64,000 bases of DNA from Octopus sinensis (lineage: Eukaryota): NCBI RefSeq assembly GCF_006345805.1, contig NC_043013.1:41292001-41356000 (forward strand), read 5' to 3'. The translations under genes and the position numbers were made by a program. Under the pieces are notes generated by a model. That model was given only the letters and a program-made list of their open reading frames with translations, made no database searches and was not told the origin of the DNA. This document shows, piece by piece, positions 52,591-64,000 of this stretch; positions within the stretch are counted from its first letter, which is position 1; every line of letters begins with the position of its first letter.

Positions 52591-53594
52591 CGTTTACTTG
52601 TGTATCGTTGTTTCACCATTAAGCAGATATCAAATCCAGTCAAGCAAAACATTAAAATAGATTCCGTTTTTGCCTTTCTTCGTCTTATGCCGTCGTTATT
52701 ATATCGATATATTTTTACATTAGGATCGTCTTAGCTTCTCTCATTTCCCTTTCAAATGGATGTTTTATAGGTTTTTAGCAACAGCAGCAACAGCAGCAAC
52801 AGCAGCAGCAGCGACAACAGCAACAGAAGTATGAGGAGGAGGAGAAGTGGGAGAATATATAAGAAAACATAAGAAAGTGAAAGTAACGATAGGAAAGGGT
52901 GTGTGGGTGTGTGTGTGTTTGTGTGATTTTATGTGTGTGTGTGTATGAGATAACGATAAAACGGAGATTAATTTAGGTTGAAGTAACATAGAAGGGATTA
53001 GATAGATTGAATATATATGTGTGTGTGCGTGTGTGTGTTTATGTAGATAAATTTATTTATATTTATGTGCGTGTGCGTGTGTGTATAAATATATATATCT
53101 AAATATTCTTCTATGTATTGTACTTAATGCAAATATATTGTTGAAAGGCAAGTTTACTGCAGTATTCTTCCCGGAGATAACATCTGTTATGGACGTACTC
53201 TTTGTGAAAAACAAAAACCACTACACGCACACACACACACACGTACACACACACTCACAACACCACACACACACACACACACACACCACACACACACACA
53301 CACACAAACACACATGTATTCGAAGGATGCAAAACTCCTCCTAGCAAGCGGCTGGCGCGAAGGCGAAATGCGTTTCTGTCTCGTTCGACGTTGTCAATGG
53401 CGTGAACTCATACTTCGGCGATATTTGTCGCAACAACTAATAAACAGGAAAGCTGAATAAATATTCATTGGCATTCCTAATGGCCGCCTGGAGGCATGTA
53501 CATAAATTCATATTCATATACATACATAAATACATATATATTCACATACACACACACACATACACACACACGTGTATTCTGTTATTCTTGTCTT

Positions 53595-54010
53595 CTGTTA
53601 TTTATATCAGTAATGTGACTGCGGCCATGCTGGAGTACCACCTTTTAATCGAACAAATAGATCCCAGGACTTAACTTCTTAAGCCAGGTACTTATTCTAT
53701 CGGTGTCTTTTGCCAAAGGAGACAAAAATCATTCTAGCAGGGGACATAAACACACCAAACCGGTTGTCAAGTGGTGATGGAGGTGGGAGAGAAGCACAGG
53801 CACAAAGACACACACATACACACGCGCGCACGTGCACACGCACAAACACATATGCGACGGGCTTCTTTCAGTTACCGTCTACCAAATCCATTCACAAGTC
53901 TTTGATCGGTCCGAGGCCGTAGTAGAACGCACGTTTCCACAGTGCTACACAGTGGGACTGAATCCGGAACCATGTGGTTGGGAAGCAAGCTTCTTACCCC
54001 ACAGCCACGC
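53595..54010 (-). mobile_element. SINE family A
   Basis: Reverse complement of the consensus. Confidence 0.8.
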
Positions 54011-54429
54011 TGGACATACATAGCCACACCTGTATATATTATATATATATGTGCATGTGTGTACATATTTGTACAAACATATGTGTGATATGTGTTTCGA
54101 CAATCAAAACCCTGACTCTAAAAACCACCTTAAATGTTCATATCGCACCATGAGATAAGACAGAGAGACAAAATAAACTAGCAAAAAGATTTTACTGCAT
54201 AATTCAAGATCCTGGATTTCTAGCTTTGCTTCAAATAAGCTCTGCCTTCATCAGTTAAATATACCAGAGGGGCACATAAATACAAATATATATATATATA
54301 CAGAACACACGTTATACTTACATATACGAACGTCCTTATTTATAGTTGTAAAAAATTATTACCTTTGTATGGTATTTATTCCCATGCTGGCCACTTGATA
54401 ATATCGATATTTAAATATCGATATTATCC

Positions 54430-54467
<38 letters not shown>

Positions 54468-54845
54468 CTTATACTTATTATATTAAATATTAATAGCTTT
54501 TGATAGTTATTTAAAAAAAATAAATAATTAAATATAAATATTAAGAAATTAAAAGTTTAAAAATTTATAAATTTTAAATTTTAAAAAATTTTTAAAAATT
54601 AAAAATTTATAAATATAAATTAAAAAATTTTAAATTTAAGTAATTTAATTTTAAATTTTATATTTTATATATTTTGTATATTATATTAATTATATTTATT
54701 TTTATGTTTTGGTTTATGTTTTTCACTGTTTGATTTGCCTAATAGTGGTTTTATCTCAAATTTAATTTATATTTATATTTATACTGTGAAATTTGATTTA
54801 ATCCTAAATCTAATTTTTCCCTGTAAGTTTGGATTTACTCCCTAA

Positions 54846-54916
<71 letters not shown>

Positions 54917-55253
54917 TGTATGTATGTATGTATGTATATGGGTGTAAAAAGTTGAATGTAGGTGTAGATTTGTCCGTGAATTTTGGAGGTTTCCAACTGT
55001 GATTTCTAATGTTGGTTCTTCATACTTTGCTGATAGTTTACAGGCGTAAATTTGCGAAGATATGAAAGTAATACTTGTATATATAATATATGGTGAATTT
55101 ATGGAAAGAAATCCCATAAAACAAATTGATTAACTTTATGGGACTTCTTTCCATAAATTCACCATACATCATGTATGTATATATATATATTTTTCGTAAT
55201 GCGATAAAAAAAACCCAAGACAGTGTAGATTTTAGAACGTTTATAGATAGAAG

Positions 55254-55301
55254 GTCTTACAGCTGTTTCCAGGACATTTATTATATCCCTTCATCGGAGA
55301 C
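55254..55301 (-). ncRNA. Variant minimal hammerhead motif
   Basis: GTCT CCGATGA A GGGATAT-AATAA-ATGTCCT G GAAA CAGCTG TA AGAC. U4C change, A-G juxtaposition at the base of helix II, CAGCTG palindrome. Confidence 0.6.
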
Positions 55302-55539
55302 GGTGTGAGAGGATGATTAAGTAATAGTTAATTTAGATAAGATACAAAATAGAGAGTGAGGTGGAGGAAAGAAAATAGATGTGAAATGTGTAGGGATATG
55401 GTATTTGTAGATCCATTTTTTTAGGCGGAATGATATACAAATAAGATTCTAATAAGTTATGAGTAAAATCCAGTAGTATTTAAAATTGGTCATTCTAGGT
55501 ATAGAGTTTATACACAGTGTTATTGAATCAAGGGTTTTA

Positions 55540-55701
<162 letters not shown>

Positions 55702-57942
55702 TTAATAATTATACACATATGTATATAATTATATTAAGGGAGCAAAGGCGAAAATGACCTAACTCCAACATGCTTGAAATGCTGAGGCACTCACAAACTA
55801 CAAAAAAAAGACTCCAGATTAAATATACACACGGTTGAAATCAGGCGGCTAGTGAAGGAATATTAAAAAGACTTCACGTTAATTGTGAATTGAGTCCAAT
55901 TTATATATAAAGGCCATAAAAACAGGCTTTTTTACCTTCGTCAAGACAATACACGAGAAATGTAATTACGAATGATTATACATACCGTACAAAACAGATT
56001 CGCACGTCTACATCCAAGTATAGATCCTAGATTAGTGAAAATTTAAATCCTTTCACGACAACTACGTGTATATTATGAAAATAGCTCCGCAGGAAATACT
56101 TTTCCGATCAGGAATAATAGAATATAACGATAAAATTACGTTAATGATTTTCATCACGTAGTCAGTATGCTATAAAAAATTTATAGGTAATTGATACATT
56201 AAATTAATAATTATAAACATATGTATATCATTATATTAAGGGAGCAAGGGTGAAAACGACCTAAGTCCAACATGGTTGAAATACCGAGGCACTCAAAAAC
56301 TACCAAAAATATTAAATATACACATGGCTGCAAATCTGCTTTGTACGGTATGTGTAGTTATTTGTATAGATATTTCTCGTGTATTGTGGTGACGAAGGAA
56401 AAACGCTTGTTTTTACGGTTTTAATCTAGAAATTGGACCCAATTCACAATTAACGTTAAGTCTTTTAAAAATTCTTTCACTAACCCGATTTCAGTGACGG
56501 AAAATGGAATACACGGTAAACTTTAATACTCACAACGATCGTTTCGAAACATCATGCATCAATCCATCGCGGGTGGGAAACTATACAAGTAGTTGTTGTG
56601 CAGAAGCAATTCGGAGGTAGCTCTAACGATGTAAAGTTTATCGATTGCACGTGCATAGTTTATACGTGCTTTGTGCATACGTCGAATTTGCTGCGGGATA
56701 GCGTTTGGGAAAGCTTCCTGCACAACGCTGGATGCGAATGAACATCTGGATGTCACAAAGCAGGTGAAACAACTAGCCGCGGAATGAATCCGAGAGTGGC
56801 AGACACTGCTATTTCGCCAATTTTTGTTGTTTAGCAATACCACGTACTCGGAATTGAACAAGTGTGGGCCAATGATACGAGCTTAGATAATTCCTTAGGT
56901 GATGAGTTTTCGAATGACGTACGCAAAATACACGCAGTGAATTAAAATTTATCTATTTAAAGATGGAGAAAAAAATTCAAAACAAAAAAATACAGAAGTA
57001 TTAAGTGTTCGAAAAGAAAGACATTTGTAAGAAACGAAGAGACTTGAACGTTCATGCATAGGCAAACAATCTGGTTTTTCTTTCTCGGCGACAAGATTAC
57101 AACCTTCAACATGTTTCGGCCGTGTTAGGCCTTAATAGGGAAGCATAGACTTTTAATCCTGTTTTAATCTGTGAACACAGATTTCCATTGTTTATCGAGA
57201 AAATGGTCTTGGGCAGAAATTTCGCCAGTTTAATTTGCATGGTTACAAGATTTGAGCAAAAGGAAATAACTAATGTTGGTTAATGGATAAAACTGAGATA
57301 AATTACATAAGTTGTAATGTATTGAATGACATACTCTTTGATATTCCATATAAACAAGCATATATTTCTTAACGAGAGCAAGTAAAGAAAGACTTAAGGG
57401 CAATTGTTAAAATTAAGAAAGAAAATATGAGATGAGAAATTTTGAATTAATTGCAAAGGAAATTGAATGTTAATATTTAGAAGAAAAATATCTGATTTTT
57501 GCTAGCATACAGAAACTAATTTTATAGGATGTTGAATCTGATCTTTGTTAACATTTATTAAGATGTTTAAACCTTACTAAACCCCATCAGTCTTAAAGGA
57601 ATTTAAAACTCCAAAACAAACAGGAAATGAAGCTGGGTTGATTCGAAGAAAATTCCCATTGCTAGTTTTTATATTTATGTTTTATGCTACATTCGTTGCC
57701 ACCACGATTCAAAATTTTGCCGAAATTATCTTATTTCACGGATATATTTCAGTGGTAAGCGAGAACTCAACGTTCCAATCAAAATTAAATTTAAATTTAC
57801 ATTGACCTGGTATCGATATATGACAAAATGCGAGCAACGATACATATCGTTATAAAGTATGACATATACTGCTATTGTTACAGAAAAAAATCAAGACCAT
57901 ATGTGAATATATAAATAGGTTGGCAGATAAATATATATATAA

Positions 57943-57991
<49 letters not shown>

Positions 57992-58484
57992 TGTGTGTGT
58001 ATTTGTGTGTGTTTGTTCCCCCAACATTGCTTGACAACTGATGCTGGTGTGTTTACGTTCCCGTAACTTAGCAGTTCCACAAAAGAGACCGATAGAATGA
58101 GTACTAGGCTTACACAGAATAAGTCCTGGGTTCTATTTGCTCGACTAAAGGCCCGCTTTCAAAATGACTGAAGCAAGTAAAAGAGTAAAAGAGAGTGTAT
58201 ATATATATATATATAAACATATACATATATATCTTACGTATGATTCTACATATGTATAATGTTTATTATATGTACACAGTAAAATCGCACACGCATACAT
58301 GCGCGGGCGTGTGCATGAGTATATATAGATAAATGCATTTCATTAGTGGAACATGGGTGGACGGAAACTGCGTGGAAGCCCCTCGTATGGACAGTAACTG
58401 TGATCTAAAGGTAAAACTTTGTGGCAAGGCTTCGTTGACTTCCACTTTGGAATTACGTCTGCAGAATATTCAACTACTTAGAAG

Positions 58485-58515
<31 letters not shown>

Positions 58516-58667
58516 TTCTTTCTTCTTCTTCTTCTTCTTCTTCTTCTTCTTCTTCTTCTTCTGCTTTTCTTCTTCTTCTTTTCTTCTTCTTCTCGTCTTC
58601 TTATTCTGCTTGCGTCATGTTCATTATTCAATCTAATACTAACTACTACTACTACTTACTACTACTA

Positions 58668-58706
<39 letters not shown>

Positions 58707-59051
58707 CCCATCTGTAGATCAAACTACTAATTGCTCATCATCGAAAACGACGAAGATCTGTTGAAAAACCAAAGTAGGCAATGAGTCAGAAAAGTAACCT
58801 CTAGTGGTCGTTGATTCTGCTAAAAGTAGTAAGAAAAAATCCTGCAAAACTCCAACAAATATCTTGGAAAAGGAAACTCTCATTGGAGAATCGTAATCTT
58901 AGATATTTCTGTCAAAAAATAAATAAATAAAACACAGAAACACGCACGCACGCACACACACAAACAAAATGATGAAGTCTGGATAGTGTTTTATTTTTAG
59001 AACTTTCCAAATCTCCATATGGAACAGTTCGATCAGGTATTCTTTATTTTT

Positions 59052-59470
59052 CTTCTACTTGTTTCAGTCATTTGACTGCGGCCATGCTGGAGCCCCAACT
59101 TTAGTCGAACAAATCAACTCCAGGACTACTTATTCTTTGTAAGCCTAATACTTATTCTATCGGTTCACTTTTGCCGAACCGCTAAGTGACGTGGACGTGA
59201 ACACACCAACATCGGTTGTCAAGCGATGGTGTGCGTGTGTGTGTATGTGCGAGACGCAAATAACAAACACCCCACCATACATATATGTCTATGGTGTGTG
59301 GGTGTGTGTATGTGTGTGTGTGTGTGACGGGTTTCTTTCGGTTTCCCTTCACAAGGCTTTGGGTAGCCCGTGGCTATAGTAGAAGACACTTGCCCAAAAT
59401 GACACGCAGAGGGACTTAACCCAGAAGCATGTGGTTGGGAAGCAAGCTCCTTACCACACAGCCACTCCTG
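59052..59470 (-). mobile_element. SINE family A
   Basis: Reverse complement of the consensus. Confidence 0.8.
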
Positions 59471-59672
59471 CGCCCATACAATAACGCATGAGTTCAAATC
59501 CCGCAGATCTCATCTGTTTTTTTTTTTAATCTTTTCGGAGTCGATAAATACTGGTGTCAGTCCAGGACTGAACCCGATTCTTCTCTCTCACATTCTCTAT
59601 TTTGCTCCCTCACTTTCTTTCTATCTTACTCTCCCTCTGTCTGTCTTTACGCTTCTCTCTATCGTTCTTCTC

Positions 59673-59998
59673 GTGAAGGCACGTGGCTTAGTGCCCGGGG
59701 CGTTCAGCTCATGTTTGCAATTTTGCGAGTTCGATTCCCGGTGACGCGTAGTGACCCTGCTTTAGGCACTTTATTTCGTGTTGCTCTGGTCCCCTCAGGT
59801 GGCAAACATATGTAAGCAACAGTATTTCAAAAGGCCAGCTTGGTCACATTCTGTGTGTCATACTGAATCTCCCTGAGAACTACGTTAAGGGTATTCGTGT
59901 CTGTGGAGTATTCAGCCACTTTCACGTTAATTTCACGAGTAGGCCGTTCTGTCGATCAGATGACCTGCAACCCTCCTCGTCGTAACCGACGGAGTACC
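59673..59998 (+). mobile_element. SINE family C
   Basis: GTGGCTTAGTG head, GTTCGATTCCCGG B box, CGTCGTAACCGACGGAGT tail. Confidence 0.8.
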
Positions 59999-61308
59999 AC
60001 TATCTTTCTCTCATTTTGTTTCATTCTTTCCATCCTCCTTCCCCTCTCTCTCTCTCTTTCTTTTTCTCACTCACTCTCTCTCGGTGCATTTTATCGTAAA
60101 TTCAAACGCCCAGTCCTATCAGGTTGATTCAACCCCAAAACGATTGAATTTGTTAAGGAAACATGTAACTGCAGTATACTCAGCCATATAAACTTTCATT
60201 TCACCGGCAGAAATTAATTTAAGTCAATAATTAAATTAATTAATAATTAATTTAATTATTGACTACATGCTCTTCGCCGAGACTAAGTACATCCACGACC
60301 ACGACCACCACGACCACCAACACACCACCACCACCACCACCAACACACCACCAACACACCACCACCACCACCACCACCGCCGCTACCATCACCACTATCA
60401 CTTCCACCACCCCGCCACTGCTACAAGCTCCACTATTGCCCCCACCACCACCACCAATGCAACACTACCACACTAACACAACCATCACCACCACTAGCTT
60501 CACCAACACTTCTAGCACCACCACTACTACCACGAGCGCTACTCCAGCCAGCACCATCGCCATTACCCTCACCCCCCCCCCCACCTTCGACCACACCAGA
60601 TACCAGAATAATGAAACAAAACCTCACGTCTGCTAGTCCAGCAAGCATGATGTAATGGTCGAAGCCATTAAAGCATTTAACTATCTGACGATCTATCTAT
60701 AAGTCTCGAAACTTCTCAACACTTGGTGAAACTTGGAAGCAAAAGTATTTATTCGCTCCGTTTTTAGATATAAACAGGCGAGGTCGGTTTGTAAGATAAA
60801 GAGTTTAGTTCGGCAGTAAATCTTCTGTTCTCTCATCCATTTTATTGTGGGAATTTAAAAAGAGAATCAAGTAACTAAAACAAGAGCATTATAGAAAAAC
60901 AACCACAAAATACAGCAATAAAACAGATAAATCGAAGGGGAGAAAGAGAGGAGGAAAGAGAAAAGAAAAGGAAAACGAGAGAGCGGGAGAAAGAAAGAGA
61001 AAAGAAAAGTGTGAGAGAGAATCAGAAAGACAGCGGTAGAAGAGCAAACGTTATTATACTTCAATATACGTGTTAAGAATTTCGGAAAATTTTCCGTATT
61101 TTCTGTTTCTGGTCGTATGAAGATTTCCATTGGAAACGAAGAAACGGCCTGGAAAAAACCGGTTTTTCTTGAATTAATACCATCTTAGCTAGAGGCCATT
61201 ATTTCTGTCAGAGGATTCAGTGAAGTGAAAGATGGGAATCAGAGAGAGAGAAGGAAAGAGAGAGAGAAAGAGAGAGACTAAGACAGAGAAAGAGACAAAG
61301 AGTGTGTG

Positions 61309-61340
<32 letters not shown>

Positions 61341-61378
61341 TAAGACGGAGACAGAGGGAGAGAGAGAGAGAAACGGAG

Positions 61379-61413
<35 letters not shown>

Positions 61414-61812
61414 CGGAGACAGAAAGAGAGACAGAGCGTTGGAATTTGGACCTAAAAATTTATTGCCTCAGAATTCTGAGTGGAAGCGTCTGTCAAATGT
61501 CAGATTTAGCAAACGTTAACCTGCGTCGGGCCTTGCAACAGTTAGTTTGAGATTTATATGTGTTTGTGATGGTGCTATTTTCGATGTAATATTTGTTTCT
61601 GTGTGTGCATGTGTGTGTGTATGTGTGTATGTGTGTGTGAGTGTCTGTTTGTGTGTGTGTGTGTATATACTTATGTATACATATGTATGTGTGTATATGT
61701 ATGTTTACGTGCACATGCATATCAATATGTATATGCACATATGATATGTTATTTGTGTGTGCACATATATATGAATATATCCACACGTTCATACACGCAT
61801 ATATATATATGT

Positions 61813-61864
<52 letters not shown>

Positions 61865-62170
61865 ATATATATATATATATATATAATATATATATATATG
61901 TATAATATATATGTATATATATTATATATGTATATATATTATATATTTATATATATATGTGCGTAATATATGTGTGTATATGTATATATATATATATATA
62001 TATAATATATATATATATCCCCTTCGGCTTGAAGAATTACACTATGTAACATCACAGACAGGCATAGAACTCTAGGTATGTATATTTATATAATATGTAA
62101 TATACACACACATATATATATATACATGTATATATATATGCATATAATGTATATAATATATGTATATGTG

Positions 62171-62211
<41 letters not shown>

Positions 62212-62661
62212 GATGTGAGAATGTATTTGTTGTGTGTATTGGATTTTTGTTGATAAATACTGTTTATTTACTCGACGTTAGGTTTTCACTGAATGATATT
62301 TGATGTTTAATTAAGTATTCATATCTATTGGACGCACAGTTTATGTTTACGTACGGACGTCTGTTTCTGTGTGTGTCGCTATTGTGCTATTTCCTGCGTG
62401 ATTGTGTTTCTGATGATGCGTCGTACGCCGAAAATATCGACAGCTGTGCATATGTGTATATGTGTACACGTATGTCTGTGTGTGTATATGTGTACACGTA
62501 TGTCTGTGTGTGTATATGTGTACACGTATGTCTATGTATATATATGTGTGCATGTTTGTGTAACGATTCGATTTATGAGTGCTAGTGCATTGCTGTTGCG
62601 TGTGTATGCATACGCGTACGCGTTCTTTTCCAGATATGCGTAAAAAGAGTTACTTCATATC

Positions 62662-62921
62662 TCTTTTATCTCTTTTATTTCTTTTACTTGTTTCAGTCCT
62701 TTGACTGTGGTCATGCTGGAGCACCACCTTTAGTCGAGCAAATCGACCCCAGGACTTATTCTTTGGAAGCCCAGTACTTATTCTATCGGTCTCTTTTGCC
62801 GAACCGCTAAGTTACGGGGAAGTAAACACACCAGCATCGGTTGTCAAGCGATGTTGGGGGACAAACACAGACACACAAACATATGCACACACATACATAC
62901 ATACATACATACATATACATA

Positions 62922-62971
<50 letters not shown>

Positions 62972-63125
62972 GACGGGCTTCTTTCAATTTCCGTCTACAA
63001 ATCCTCTCATAAGTCTCTGGTCGGCCCGAGACTATAGTAGAAGACACTTGCCCAATGTGCCACGCAGTGGGACTGAACTCAGAACCATGTGGTTGGTAGG
63101 CAAGCTATTTACCACACAGCCACTA
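62662..63125 (-). mobile_element. SINE family A, full length
   Basis: Reverse complement of the consensus. Confidence 0.9.
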
Positions 63126-63131
63126 TTATTG

Positions 63132-63419
63132 TGTTGTGTCTGGGAAGAGTAATTTTCTTTTTGTGCCTTATAATTTAATACACTCACCGGTAAAAATTTC
63201 CACTTATTTCTCATTTTTATTTTCCTAAAATTTTCGTTGCGTCTTGCAATCTTTTCAATAGTCTTGACTCTGTCCGTTATTTACACTGCGTTTATTTTTG
63301 TTTGTTTGTGCGCAACAAAAATTTTAGGAAAATAAAAATATGAAATAAGTGGAAATTTTACCGGTGAGTGTGTTAAATTATATGGCACAGAAAGAAAATG
63401 ACTCTCCCCAGACACAACA
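63132..63419. mobile_element. MITE with ~110-bp TIRs
   Basis: 63132-63241 is the reverse complement of 63311-63419. Confidence 0.85.
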
Positions 63420-63526
63420 GAATCTGCTTCAACACACGAGCTCACATAAAGAATCTTGCAAACCAAACCCAAAAACGAAATATTACTACTACTACTACTA
63501 CTACTACTACTATTACTACTAAAAAA

Positions 63527-63895
63527 GGCGGTGAGCTGGCAGAATCGTTAGCGCGTCGGGCGTAATGCTTAGCGGCGTCTCCTCCGTCTTGACCTCCTGA
63601 GTTCAAATTATACCGGGATCAACTTTGCCTTTCGGGAGTCGATAAAATAAGTACCAGTTGGACACTGGGGCCGATGTAATCGACTTAACCCCACTCCCCA
63701 AATCTCTGGCCTAGTGTCTATGGTAGGAACGAATACTACTGTGTAAGTAGCTGGCAGTATCGGTAGCGGAGCCGGGCGAAATGCTTGGCGGCGTTTTGTC
63801 TGTCTTTACGTCCTGAGTTCAGATTCCGCCGAGGTCGACTTTGCTTTTCACCTTTTCGGGGTCGATAAAATAAGTATCAGTTGAACAATGGGGGG
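63527..63895 (+). mobile_element. Two tandem SINE family B copies
   Basis: Heads at about 63527 and 63745, each with a GAGTTCA B box and GGGGTCGATAAAATAAGTAYCAG core. Confidence 0.8.
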
Positions 63896-64000
63896 AAGGG
63901 GGCGACGTAATTTGGCTGCTATTTCTAACGGGTGGAACAACCGCATAGAGGCTCTCTGGCCGGCTTGTTATTCAAGAGATTCTCTCATTGGTGAGGTTCT

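Noticed and set aside
53414-53436. Possible 23-nt minus-strand microexon (AG|TTGTTGCGACAAATATCGCCGAA|GTATGA) giving VATNIAE, like DEAH motif V
   Set aside because: The phase fits the 56.5 kb donor, but no other helicase motif or exon was found; a 6-residue match is likely chance.

Overview
AT-rich, microsatellite-saturated animal genomic DNA with a 100-N gap at 16238-16337. The SINE families and repeat landscape look like an octopus (coleoid cephalopod) genome; that is an inference from recalled repeat families, not a database search. No multi-exon gene can be assembled. A few minus-strand exon and splice-site candidates suggest the window is mostly intronic or intergenic, and almost all ORF-track entries are translations of simple repeats. 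Transposon content: three or more tRNA-derived SINE families; hAT-, piggyBac- and mariner-type DNA elements and MITEs; non-autonomous Helitrons, one with a RepHel helicase remnant; and five decayed Penelope-like element (PLE) remnants (RT and/or GIY-YIG). The main signal is about eight minimal type I hammerhead ribozyme (HHR) motifs with palindromic helix III. Two have intact cores with covarying helices and sit in PLE pseudo-LTRs. One lies in a non-coding 347-bp partial-tandem, retrozyme-like unit. Two lie in a short dispersed non-coding element with a non-canonical catalytic core. All alignments, pairings and translations were done by eye, and ribozyme activity is untested.
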